Shown one piece after another: positions 24,201 to 34,942 of a stretch of DNA of 64,000 nucleotides. The DNA comes from Prorocentrum cordatum. Taxonomy: Eukaryota. The translations under genes and the position numbers were made by a program. The notes under the pieces are model-generated. The model was given only the letters and a program-made list of their open reading frames with translations, was not told the DNA's origin and did not search any database. Numbering within the stretch: the first letter of the stretch is position 1; each line of letters starts with the position of its first letter. The stretch lies in contig CAUYUJ010000001.1 of the NCBI GenBank assembly GCA_963575745.1, positions 2,356,001 through 2,420,000 on the forward strand, given 5' to 3'.

Positions 24201-27200
24201 CGCACTCACACTTATCACCAAGGGCCATTGCCTGGATCCCATTCAGATATCAACGGCACAGCCCTTGCTAGTTATAAGACGTATCCTCACCAGCCCTTTT
24301 GCAGCCAGAGTCCTTCCTATGGTCAGAAGATGCTGGGACCTGATGCAGCAACAAGCGCGACGAGGACATGATCTACGAACATTCAAACCACATGATGGAG
24401 GGCCCATGACAAAGCTCAAATCAGTACTTGACGACCTGGGCTGGACATGGCCACAGTTTGATGCCTTCAAACAAGCTCATGGACAATCTGTATATCTTAC
24501 CAAGCATCCTCAGGGGTGGTGGCAGCATGTACTACGTGAATCTATACGGAGATGGATTTGGCGAAGTGATGCACACCTACTTGAGAGGAAAGACATGCAA
24601 GGAGTGAAGCATGGGACCAATTATCATATTACGACCGCCATCCTCAGGAGGGCGGATAATGCTGCAATTCGTGAAGATGAAGATGAAGATGAGGAACCCA
24701 AAGTCCAACCGCCTCTCCTTCCCAATGCTACTGACGTGGTCGTGCCCAAAGTTACCCGTGACCAAGTTCCTTTCTTGCGTGCGTACTTGCAGGGAGCTAC
24801 CATCACGGGACATCGGTTACGGCACCTCACGGGCAAATCTGAGCATGCGGTCTGTCCAGTTTGCGGAGCAATGGACGAAGATATTGATCATATTCTCTTT
24901 CACTGTGGCCGCTGGGATTCACTGCGAGCACCACTACATGAACACTACAGCGTTGAAGGCCTACTTCAACTCCCAGTATGCCTCCGTCAATGTGGTCTCA
25001 TGCCAGACAGGCCTGAGTACGGTGCCTTCTTCAGCGAGCTACTTCCTGACGAACCTGATCTACCCCCACCTCCACGCTATGAAGGTGGGGAAAGTGCAGA
25101 CCAACTACTTATGCAAGACGGATTTTTGATTGTAGCTGGCGGCGGGGCGTGTCCAGGGCAAGCCTCACACTTGCGCTTGAGACGGTCAGGCTACTCATTG
25201 CACTACGGCCACAATCACAACTGCAACGTGGGGATGCCACTACGGAGTGTATCTCAAGGAGCGCAGAGAGCTGAAGTTGCAGCCCTCAGACATTTTGCAT
25301 CATGGTCTTGGGGGCCACAGCTCTACTTGCCGACAGTTTTCAGCCCTTCTCCGAGATGAATCCATATCACCACATCAACATCAAGATCTATGGGCCTCAG
25401 TATCCGCGGGAGTTCTTGCGAAAGGCCCAGAGACGTTTCGCATTCAAAAAATCAAAGCACATCGCAATGCCAACACTGTTGATGAAGGTGAATTACCATT
25501 GTGGGAACGCAACCAGAGAGCAGATCAAGGTGCAGTGCGAGCAGCACGACAACTTCAAGTACCATCGGAGGTGCGTCATCAACACCCCAAAGGCCAGCAC
25601 CTCTGCTTTCTCTTGCAATACACGGCTGCGCACATTCTTGAACGCAGGGCCAAGGAGCTGACTAACATGGGCAGGGACAAGCGTGACGAGCGTTGCGTGC
25701 AGGCCCATGCCCTCATCGAGGCTGACTTGGAACAGGCCTATCACCACCAGCATGAGGATGACGAGCATGACCCGTGAGCTCACCTCGACATGGGCCAGGG
25801 TGGAGAGTACCAACCTGACCGACCTCAAATGCCACCTCCAAGCGAGCCTCAGCCTGCAGCACCACAGCCACCATCGACAGCGAGAATATTGCGACACAAG
25901 TCCAAGCCACCAGCTATGACACCAAGCTTAGCGAGCAGGACGACAGCAACACCAGCGAGTGCAGCAGCCTCGAGCTCAGCAGCATCAGCAAGCGCATCAG
26001 CACCAACTGGAGCCTCAGCCAGCACAGCAACAGCATCGCCAGGTGTAGCATTGAGTACGTCAGCCTCATCTTCTGGAGCTCCCAATTTTGATCCTGTACT
26101 TGATAACCCAAGCACCTGGAGTCCAAAGGTTGCCTTTCCTGGACTCACGTGGGGCCCAGTGGGGCCAAACGTAGCAGAGCGGGTCTTCCAGCCAACGTTA
26201 CCCGAGATGCTGACAAACAAACAATGGAGTTATCAACAATCGTTGTGCCCAGCAATTATCTGGCATTTTGCCCAGCTGCGCTGGGCGACAGACGACACGA
26301 CCAAGACGCCTCTTTCAGCATCGTGGGCTGAATTGGCACTGGATTACAGCATTGCAACTGGTTTGCCTCTTGTGACGCCACAAGGGAACCCGCAGACAGC
26401 GACGCTTGAGCGCATGGCGAGATACTTCTCGACAGCAGCAGCCCGCGTCACCAAACTCTGCGAATGCAAAGTGGCACCTAGAAGAGTATTTGTTGCATGT
26501 TGTTCGCTGACGCCCTTGGGGATCAGGCAGGTCCCAGGCTTTCTATGCATGCCCACCTTCATGAACCACGATCACACGATGAAGACGCTGTGCGCCGTGG
26601 CGCTATCGACGACGGAGAAGAACGCTGGTATCAGAGTACCGCCGCCATGGACCTCGATACCATCACCATGTTGGACACCACCCAGACTGGAAGCTAACAT
26701 CAGAGACAACGCCAGACCGACCGATCTCGTGGCCTGTGTCGCCTTTGTTGTTCGAGAATCTGGGAGTTACCGCGAACGTGAACAGCGCTCTACGGCCATG
26801 AGCGTTGTCAGAGCGACTGTGGAATACACGGGGCAGGAGCTACGCGACCCCCAGGGGCTCACAGGTCGGAAGAAGCTGAATGAGGAAAAGGGAATATTGC
26901 ACAATCGTGAAGCACGCCAACAAGGATACCATGTCCTGGCACCACTGTATGGCGGAGACAAGAAGCAACACCCGTCCCTGAGGTGCCTGACCTGTGGGAG
27001 ACGAACAAAGACGTTCACCATCTCTGCGTGGGGCCGATTGCTGTGCAACCGTGATGGGCATCGCGGGTCACATCCAACGGGCCAACGACGGAAGCTGGGG
27101 GACTGGAGCAAGATAGTGGAGGAACACAATGCACGTACCACGGTTCCTGGCAACAGATGCCATGTACGTTCACCCTTTCGCGCAGACAGAGTTGATCAAG

Positions 27201-27253
27201 AACTCGAGTGTACACACTGTAAGCAAGTTTCTCCGAAACGACGTCAGGAGTAG
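21260..27253 (+). pseudogene. LINE ORF2: APE endonuclease, RT, CCHC finger, RNase H, C-terminal Cys/His motifs; multiple stops and frameshifts
   Basis: APE: ISANITSW, LALQET, GGVAIL, VDSN, SRPDLI. RT: RPITNLS, DRMKFFD, GYVQGDSWS, SFIDD. Finger: CPVC..EDIDHILFHC. RNase H: QGAQRAEVAAL, KIKAH, NQRADQGA. Confidence 0.9.
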
Positions 27254-27439
27254 TTTTGTGCCGCAATCTGTGGCAAACGCTAATATGCAAGATTTGAGGT
27301 GATACCATGGGATATGGAGTTCATCACTCGTGTATCCTACAATGATGTTTCGGTAAAGAGTACGGCATTTCTCAGATGATTGGTGTACCAGTGATTATTT
27401 GAGTATGAGGTTTCATGTACTTCAGTGGCATGCTGTTCC

Positions 27440-27513
27440 CGAGGGGGGAGACCCGTAGAGCCCATACGGGTGGGCACGATCCCTTAAATGCGACGGAGCG
27501 TGTCCCCCCATCG
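27440..27513 (+). promoter_or_regulatory. Putative structured RNA element enclosing the ATG at 27488
   Basis: Outer stem GGGGGGAGAC/GTGTCCCCCC; inner pairings CCCGTA/TACGGG and GCCCA/TGGGC. Confidence 0.4.
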
Positions 27514-28327
27514 AGTATTCTATTTGGTTATGTTGTGCATGTGTTCTGGTTATGGTTCTGATGCTTGTATATATTCTTTGGGCAACGATTGCACATCGTC
27601 CAGTGTATCAGTGCATGGTGGTTCGTTCTATCTTGGCAACATATATATGATTCTGGAGTATTTGTGTTTCGAGAGTGACATGACACTGTTTTCAATGTTC
27701 ATGTGCTGGATGTTGGTTGTCTTACTACTAAGCAAAGGTACAGGCTGCAGGCAACTCATGTATTGCCTACAGCAGAGAGCAACCATACCTGGTACAGTTT
27801 ACGACACTCCCATGGTGGAAGAGGTTGCAGATACATATACAGTGATTGCACCGGCGCAAATCGTACGCAGCATTGTTGAGATGGTAGAGACTACGATTAC
27901 CCCGAGGAGATGGTTGCAGTCTGATTTGATATGGAGATGGTGGGTATACTGTTACTAAGTGGGTACAGCACTGTAAGGATTACGTTGTTGGCATTACTTG
28001 ATGTATTGCTGGCATTATTCACAACGATATTATTAACTGCGGTCGTGGCCAAAGTGAACAACAGCAGAGCAGAGAGAGAGGATGCGAAGGCCTTGGCGGC
28101 CGATGTGAACGATTTTCCGAACGAGGTTGGCCAGCGAAAGTCGCTCAGGATGGGCCAAAGGGGCAAGGATGCACGGGAACCCTTTTGAAGGTACCCCATC
28201 GATTTTTACAATGCGGGTTGACTGTGCTCCGAAAGAGGCCCCTGTGCAGCCCGACTTATCAACGCTCACTTGGCGTTTCAATATTATTTGCCTGTATGGC
28301 TTCGCGCCTCAACACGGCTTATGGATG
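27488..28327 (+). pseudogene. Frameshifted hydrophobic ORF downstream of ORF2; candidate missing N-terminus of ORF1
   Basis: Three overlapping ORF pieces (27488, 27931, 28127) with transmembrane-like stretches; the last piece joins in frame to 18915 through GATG. Confidence 0.4.
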
Positions 28328-28620
28328 GCTTCAGAGAGTTCCAGAAGTACCCAAGGGGGGCCAAACAACTACCGAAAACTGACAAAGAAGGCCACGAGAG
28401 GTCCTAAAGACGTCTCAAGACGGCTTCTGGAGGAGCCCAAAAACGCTCAATATGGCCCCAAGACGGCGCCAAGACAGCTCCCAAATGGCCCCAAGACATC
28501 CCGAGATGACTCAAGACTGCCCAAGCCGCCCCATCATGTCCTCAAGAGGCTCCGAGCAGATCACGAGAAGCTTCCAAGAGGCCCCTTATCCACGATCTGG
28601 CAACGTGGGCCGAAGGACGT

Positions 28621-28661
<41 letters not shown>

Positions 28662-28679
28662 CGCTCTGGCTCTCCCCTG

Positions 28680-28862
28680 TGTCAGTGCAGTTCTTTTAGC
28701 TCGGACCGCGCGGCAGTCCAACTGCGGGTGCAGTCCCAGGGCCCTAGGGGCTAGGGCCAAAACAGCGGCGGGCAGCGTGCATGCCACAAACATGAAAAGC
28801 ATGTACAACATGCGTACACGGTGGCACGGGCGGCAGAGGGGCAGGGGAGTGCACTCTTCACA
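28680..28862 (-). repeat. 3' LTR of Copia A (183 bp)
   Basis: Near-identical to 38177-38358, about 4 differences by eye. Confidence 0.97.
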
Positions 28863-29100
28863 CTGGGTGAGTACAATGCTGCCCCGATGCCGCTCCCTAC
28901 AAGCGGGGGGCGCTGCACGCAGTTATCGCCTATACCGGCCCACAGGCCGATACACCTCAAGCAAAGTGCGGCCTGAGGCTCAAAATATAAAATATGAGAT
29001 ATGAATGTCTAGACTCACTCGTCCAGACTGTCATCTCAATGTATGTGCACACATCACCGTAGCCCTCACTAAGTCCATGCAGCGGCTGCAATCAGGACCA

Positions 29101-31503
29101 TCACGGGCTCGCAGGCCCTGGAACGGCGGCCCGACGCTGGGCCTTCCGCTCCTTGGCTCTCTCACGCTGTCCGCGGCGCAGCCGCAGACGGTGTGCCTCC
29201 TCATCCTCCTGTTCAGCAGTAGGCACCATGCTGAACAGTCCGTGGCGGAGGAACTGCGATAGCACCTCGTTAGGCTGCGCGGCCTTTGTCAGCACGTCCG
29301 CCAGCATGTGGCTATTGGGCAGCCACTTGAACTTGATGGCCTCCTGCTCGATCAAATCCTTGGCCACCGACAAATCGATGAGGGTCTGCCGAGACACCGG
29401 CATCGAGCCGATCTTGGACGTGTGGTCGTAGAGCGACTTCGCGTCCGTCACCAGCGCCCCCGGAACCTTCAGCGCCATCCTCCAGTCCCCTTGCAAGGGC
29501 GGCTCCCCGTGCAAGACTGCCTCAATCAGCAGCCTGAGGTAAAGCTGCCGATCCAAAGCCACGGACATAGCCGCAGACTCTGCGGCCATCGTAGATCCAA
29601 CAACTCGTGTAATGGTACTGCTCTGGAACTCCACTAGACAACATACAGCTAGCTCCTTCAACACTCGGGTATCCGTAATCATACTCATGAACCCCATTTG
29701 GCTCTTACAGCCGGGGTCCTTCGCAAACGAAGCGTCCATAAGTGTGAGCACCTGCAAGCGCTCGATGTCCACGCGGCGGATCCGGAGAGTCGCAAGACCT
29801 CTCTTGTCGTAGTCCTGAAGCCGGTCGATGATGTCATTGAGCACTCGCAGGTGCAGTAACCTCCGACCTTTCGGATCCTTCTGTGCGAGCGCCGACGCAC
29901 TGCGCGCGAGCTGTGGCACCACGCGTGCGACAGGCCATCGCACCTTCTGGGGCAAGCTCCGGAAGTCGTGGTGCTCTTCGGGAGTCATCTCCCGCTCCTC
30001 GTCGCCACCCCTTGCAAGGGGGTGCTTTGTCAGCTTGCCGATGTATTCGTGCATGCTGATCTCGATGTGATCGGGGTGGCGCCACCACTCCTCACCGAGA
30101 TAGGCGACTGCCTCCTTGTCGTTGCCCTCCTTCCAGTGCTTGATGTTGAAACGCCTGTTGATATTCGCCTTCACCTCCTGGTACTGGGGGTCGCGCGGGT
30201 CCCCAAACAGCATGCCGTCGTCGACGTGCAAGGTCAACATAGCAATCAACTTGCCGCTCGCCCGATAAACGAAGACAGCTCGAGCACAGCGCAGGTCCAC
30301 AAAGCCGACCTCGTCCGTCAGCACCTGGCGGGCTCGGAGATGCCACAACCGAGGCGCCTCCGTTAAACCGTGCGCCCCTTTCAGCAGACGAAGCAACGCA
30401 TAAGGCCGCGCAGCTGGCCATCCAGCACAGTCGACGGCTGGAAGCCCGTCCTTAGGAGCCCTCACATACAGCTCCCGCTCCAGCTTCAGCCCGGACAGGA
30501 ACGCAGTCGCTACGTCGAAGCACTCGAATGTCCAATCCATCGCCATTCTGATAGACGCACACACTAGCACGGCCAAAGGGGAAGTAGTAGGCGAATCCGT
30601 CCTGAATAGACCAAGCTGCGGGTCGAGATGGCCAGGGATGATCAAGCGCGACTTCGCCTCCAACTCCAGCCCTCGCCCCCGGTTCGTGCGAACCGAACGC
30701 ATGGGCACCGAGATGATCTTGTCCTTTGGAATGCTCTTCTCCTCCTCCTCGGTGACCAGCTCGACCGTGTTGTTGGCGATCCATTGCCGCCACTCGGCGG
30801 CATCGGCCTCGTCGAACTTAGCCTTCTCGTGCTGGTCGAAGTGACGTGGGTCTAGCTCCTTCGCGTTCTGCTTCATCACGAGTGCGAACACGTCGTGCTC
30901 GTACCGCGCCTCCTGCAGCCATGCGTCATACACAGATGACACGTTGATCCACTCCTCGTAAGTCATCGGCTGCCGTACAAGACCCTCCGGAGTGTCCAAA
31001 TAGTACACCCCCTGTGCCTGAGCGTCCGGCTTGTCGTGGTAGAAGAGCGTGAGACCAACCCAGCTGTCCTCCGTGCGCTCGTTGGTACGGCTCGCGCCGT
31101 CGTCCTTGTAGGCACACTGGCCCGTGGCGGAGAGCATCACCGACAGGCGATTGCACTCCCGGTGGCGGTCGTGATCATAGAGTCTCCGCCGTGGCTCTCG
31201 ATGCACACGTACTCCTCGTACGACCTTCTGAACGAGCGTGGAGACACCATCCAAGGCATTCTGGTCGAACCACTCCTGGGGCCCCGAGTGCACCACAGCG
31301 TTCATGGCCACCTCGCGGAGAGCCGGCAAGCCACTCGTAGGGGCAGCCTGCAGACGCGACCTCTTAATGCAACTCGGCACGTCATCTACCAGGAACTTCC
31401 GCTTCCGCTCGAGCTCGACATCGTCTCTGGGGATCGGCGGCGCCGAAGGGCCGCCAGAGCCCGTTGCTCCCGGAGGAGCTTCCGGGTACATTCCAGAGGA
31501 CAT
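29101..31503 (-). CDS. pol: Copia A reverse transcriptase + RNase H (pol fragment)
   Basis: KSRLIIPGHLDP, FDVATAFLSG, LLKGAHGLTEAPRLW, LHVDDG; RNase H DASF, STMAAE, TDAKSLYD, MLADVLTK. Confidence 0.93.
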   Translation of the reverse strand: MSSGMYPEAPPGATGSGGPSAPPIPRDDVELERKRKFLVDDVPSCIKRSRLQAAPTSGLPALREVAMNAVVHSGPQEWFDQNALDGVSTLVQKVVRGVRVHREPRRRLYDHDRHRECNRLSVMLSATGQCAYKDDGASRTNERTEDSWVGLTLFYHDKPDAQAQGVYYLDTPEGLVRQPMTYEEWINVSSVYDAWLQEARYEHDVFALVMKQNAKELDPRHFDQHEKAKFDEADAAEWRQWIANNTVELVTEEEEKSIPKDKIISVPMRSVRTNRGRGLELEAKSRLIIPGHLDPQLGLFRTDSPTTSPLAVLVCASIRMAMDWTFECFDVATAFLSGLKLERELYVRAPKDGLPAVDCAGWPAARPYALLRLLKGAHGLTEAPRLWHLRARQVLTDEVGFVDLRCARAVFVYRASGKLIAMLTLHVDDGMLFGDPRDPQYQEVKANINRRFNIKHWKEGNDKEAVAYLGEEWWRHPDHIEISMHEYIGKLTKHPLARGGDEEREMTPEEHHDFRSLPQKVRWPVARVVPQLARSASALAQKDPKGRRLLHLRVLNDIIDRLQDYDKRGLATLRIRRVDIERLQVLTLMDASFAKDPGCKSQMGFMSMITDTRVLKELAVCCLVEFQSSTITRVVGSTMAAESAAMSVALDRQLYLRLLIEAVLHGEPPLQGDWRMALKVPGALVTDAKSLYDHTSKIGSMPVSRQTLIDLSVAKDLIEQEAIKFKWLPNSHMLADVLTKAAQPNEVLSQFLRHGLFSMVPTAEQEDEEAHRLRLRRGQRERAKERKAQRRAAVPGPASP

Positions 31504-31596
31504 CCGGCCTGGGGGGGAACGAGACCGGGCCCTCCTCGGAGGCGGAAGCTGCGGGAACTGCTCCTGCTCAGGGGGCTCCTCTTCCTTAGCCTGTAC

Positions 31597-33174
31597 CTAA
31601 CCGGCGTCCAGGGCCCTCAGATCCACACGAGGCTGCCTGGGCCCCTCGAGCTCACTATGTCGGTCACGCTCCTTCTTCAGGAATGTCTTCTTCACCTTCT
31701 GAACCTTCACCTTGGGCGTGAGGTCCACGATGTCGTGGTAGGCGCGATCATCTCGCTGCTGTGTCAGCCGCGCGTCCGTCTGGATGGACTCCGCAGCCGC
31801 GGCCTCCTGGGAGGAGGCGTGCCGGAGCTGCTCACGAGCAACAAGTAGCACGTGACCACGCCATGATACGTAATACCGGCTGTTGGACTCCTTCGCGATC
31901 ACAGTCGCAGGACCCCGCCATCTTTCAGGATCTTGCCGACGACGTCCCTTGAACGGATTCGGTGCCCAGAAATACACCCGCGATCCTGGGCGCAGATCGC
32001 CGACGACCGTCGGCGCCTGTCGCGGCAGCGCCCTCCGCACCTTGTCCGTCGCGTCGCGCTCCAGCAACATCATCTTGGCTGCGGTGCGGATTTGAGACGA
32101 ACGCCAAGCTATGCCCTTAGCGCCGAGAACCGACATGAGAACCTCATCGTCGTCCCTGTTAGTCACCTCCGTAAAATTCAAGATCCGCCCGAAGACAGCC
32201 TGCTCCGGGGTCAACCCATTGCGGCTGATCGTCGGATTCTTCGCGTTGACGATGGCAGCCAGGGCCGCAGTAGACATCGACTTGCCCTGGGCGTGGAACT
32301 CGTGCACCACCTTGCCCCAGATAGTGCCGAGCAATCCTCCGTGGCGCTCTGCCAGGCCATGCTGCCATGCTGCATGAGCTCCCGTCGTCTTCGTATTAAT
32401 ACCGAACTGCTCCATCAGCGCGTTGAAGTAGCCCTCGAACTCGCCGCCCTGGTCGATCACGATGTTCTCTGGCACGCCGTAATGCTTGAACCACTCGTTC
32501 ATGATCTGGCGCGCTACGTGCTTGGCCGTCCTATTCTTGAGAAGGCATGCGCAGTGCCATCCCGTACCAGCGTCCACCATGCTGAGGGCCGCCAGCTGCT
32601 CCTTGGCCGCGTCCCGTAGGTACTTCACGTCGATCACAACCGTCACATTGAAGCCGAATGGTCGCACGTCCGCCGTCCCTTGCACTGGACGGGGCGGCGC
32701 CTCCGACTCAGCACAAGTCGGGCACTGCCAATGCTTCGCGTATGCCAACGCGTTGGGCGCTGCACCGCCGAGACGCAGCATCTTGATGAACGTCGGTCGG
32801 CTGGGGTGTCCAAGACCGCGATGGGCCTTCCGCACAGCACGTCGCGTACTCCGAGGAATCTTCGTCATGATGTCCTGCCGCACCACCTCTGGGAGCTCCA
32901 TCTCTGACCAGGAGGCTGCAACCTCCTCCTCCTCCGCAGGGTGCTGCATGGACTCCTCCTTGACCGTCTTCTGCAATGCCTCGCGAATCTCGGCTCGAAT
33001 CTCCTGCGGTGTTTTGCCCCACTCAGGTCTCTCCGAAACGTTTCCGGGGGCCTCTCCAGGACCGTGCTCCACGGGCTCGGGTCCATAACTCCTGGGCTCC
33101 TCCGTGGGGTCCGGGAAGTGCGCCGCAAGGAAACTCGAGTTCTCGCACTGCCGGACCAAGTAATCCCTTGGCAC
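31597..33174 (-). CDS. pol: Copia A integrase (pol fragment)
   Basis: HRGLGH...CPTC zinc finger; D,D,E core VIDVKY / IDQGGEF / GLAERHGG; WRGPATVI. Confidence 0.92.
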   Translation of the reverse strand: MPRDYLVRQCENSSFLAAHFPDPTEEPRSYGPEPVEHGPGEAPGNVSERPEWGKTPQEIRAEIREALQKTVKEESMQHPAEEEEVAASWSEMELPEVVRQDIMTKIPRSTRRAVRKAHRGLGHPSRPTFIKMLRLGGAAPNALAYAKHWQCPTCAESEAPPRPVQGTADVRPFGFNVTVVIDVKYLRDAAKEQLAALSMVDAGTGWHCACLLKNRTAKHVARQIMNEWFKHYGVPENIVIDQGGEFEGYFNALMEQFGINTKTTGAHAAWQHGLAERHGGLLGTIWGKVVHEFHAQGKSMSTAALAAIVNAKNPTISRNGLTPEQAVFGRILNFTEVTNRDDDEVLMSVLGAKGIAWRSSQIRTAAKMMLLERDATDKVRRALPRQAPTVVGDLRPGSRVYFWAPNPFKGRRRQDPERWRGPATVIAKESNSRYYVSWRGHVLLVAREQLRHASSQEAAAAESIQTDARLTQQRDDRAYHDIVDLTPKVKVQKVKKTFLKKERDRHSELEGPRQPRVDLRALDAG

Positions 33175-34942
33175 CGGTCATCACAGCCTTGGTGAACTCC
33201 TCCGCGCAGCTTCCGCGCGCAGCCGTGCAAACCTCAGGGTTCGCCAACACCCTCGTGGTGTCCTGGAGGCAGATCGCGTCCTCGCATGCTGTGTTCGACT
33301 TCGTTGCCTTCACGGGTGGCTGGCTCCAGATTGTCGATTGCGCGTGGTCCATTACCATGGCTGCGCGTCCCCTTGCAGCTTGCCACTGCATCACCTCGTC
33401 CGTGAACGAGAGCAACATGCGGTACTCGGTCCGCTCTCGGCGTTGCCGGCGCACTCGCATAGGCCTTCGCTGGTCGACCCTCTGCAGTCGACTCCATGCC
33501 GTAGGAGGCGGGGACGAAGCCACGAAGTCTGGGTCAACTGCAACCAGGCACGCCCGTGCCTCGTTCCTGCCCTGGACCGTCAGGAGGTCAAACTCTGGCG
33601 CTGTGATGGGCTGGTGGGCGTCCCATCCCATGTTCGCCGCCAGGATCGTGAGCTGGCAAGCCCATGCGAAGATCTCCACGATCCTCCAGGGCCCCGGTCG
33701 CCGCCGGGTCTCCCTCTGAAAAGGTAGTACACGTTCCTCTTGGTAGTGCTTGAGGGCGTCCTGCTCCTGCCGATCAGCCCGAAGCTTCCTGTTCGCCATT
33801 TCCTCGGTCATCAGAACCTCCAGCTCCTTCAGGTTGCTCCGGACATGCCTGCGAGCACCTTTCGCCATGAAAACCTCGTTGTCCGCGTTCTCCATGAAAA
33901 CCTCCTCGTCACTCGATGCCGTCTCCGCGGACTCTGGGTCGCTGGTGTGATAGTGGGATGTACTCAGCTCTGAATCGCCTGCGTCCTGGCCATCGTTGCT
34001 ATCAGAATCGTGCGTGTCCTCCTCCTCGGCGGTCTCAGCGACGCTGCGCTCATCCTTCTCCTCGTGGCTCGCAGTTCCGCTGAACATCTCGTCGGCGAGC
34101 TCGTCCTGCCCCTCTGACTGTCCGACGGGGAAGGCACTCGCGACCGGTGCCCGGGAATCCAGCAATGACACGCACGGATGCCCGGACGCAGCCGGGACCA
34201 ACGGCTTGGTCACACCGTTCGCCGTGAAAGTACCGTTCCTGAAGCTGATTGCTGCGTCCCACTCTGCCATCTCATCAGGACCGATGAGACCTGGCACCTC
34301 GGCATCGACCTCGGAGATCACAACCTCGCCCTGCGTGCCATTGATGCCATCTGTGTAGCACCACGCACGCTCTGTCAAGAGCGGCGCGCCTGGGCCGAAC
34401 TTGAAGTACTCGCGCTGGTTGATGCTGTGGTACGGCACGCCCATGGCATCCAAAGTCTTCTGCAGCTCGACGTGCCACGGACGTCCACCGACAGCCCGCT
34501 TGCAGCCCGTGTCAATCATAGCCAGCCCCGCGGGCAAGACAACAAGCGTGACGGACTGCTCGTCTATCACCTTGCGGGGGCACTCCTCTCGGGTAGTGAC
34601 CATGTGGGTCGCAGATCCCCCTTTTGCTGCCCAAGGGTCCGCCCCCTTTGCTGCCCAGGGGTCCGCGCCCTTTGCTGCTCCAGGGTCCGCGCGCTGCAGT
34701 GAGTCCTCCTCGTCCGCCTTGGGCTTCTCCAACGTGTAATGGATCACCGACTTCAACGAACACTTCTTGCACTTCGCGAAGATCGCGGTGCCGTTTGACT
34801 GCCGCTTCAGCTCGTCCGCCGGATGAGAACACGCAGCCTGCTGCTGCATGAGTTCTGGGTCGAACTTCGCCTTCGGACATGGGACCGGCCTCTCGCCGTC
34901 GCATCTGCTGCTTCTCCAGGTCGCTCTGCGTGGCACCGGCAC
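33175..34942 (-). CDS. pol: Copia A aspartic protease + degenerate C5-methyltransferase-like domain (pol fragment)
   Basis: AMIDTGC and PGLIG (protease); IVEIFAW, FDLLT, PDFVASSPPPTAWSRLQ and MDHAQSTIW (motif I/IV/VI-like, ~33175-33692). Confidence 0.8.

Larger units (their letters stand above)
18918..28323 (+). mobile_element. Non-LTR retrotransposon (ORF1 + APE-RT-RNase H ORF2), degenerate and apparently circularly permuted
   Basis: Lower-GC coding-like block bounded by GATG at 18914-18917 and 28324-28327; joining the flanks rebuilds the host repeat CCAAGATGGCTTCAGAG. Element class is secure, exact ends are less so. Confidence 0.8.

Noticed and set aside
27440..27513. Hammerhead, HDV, twister or pistol ribozyme assignment; H-type pseudoknot
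   Set aside because: Conserved cores could not be matched, and a zero-length loop 3 makes a simultaneous pseudoknot doubtful.
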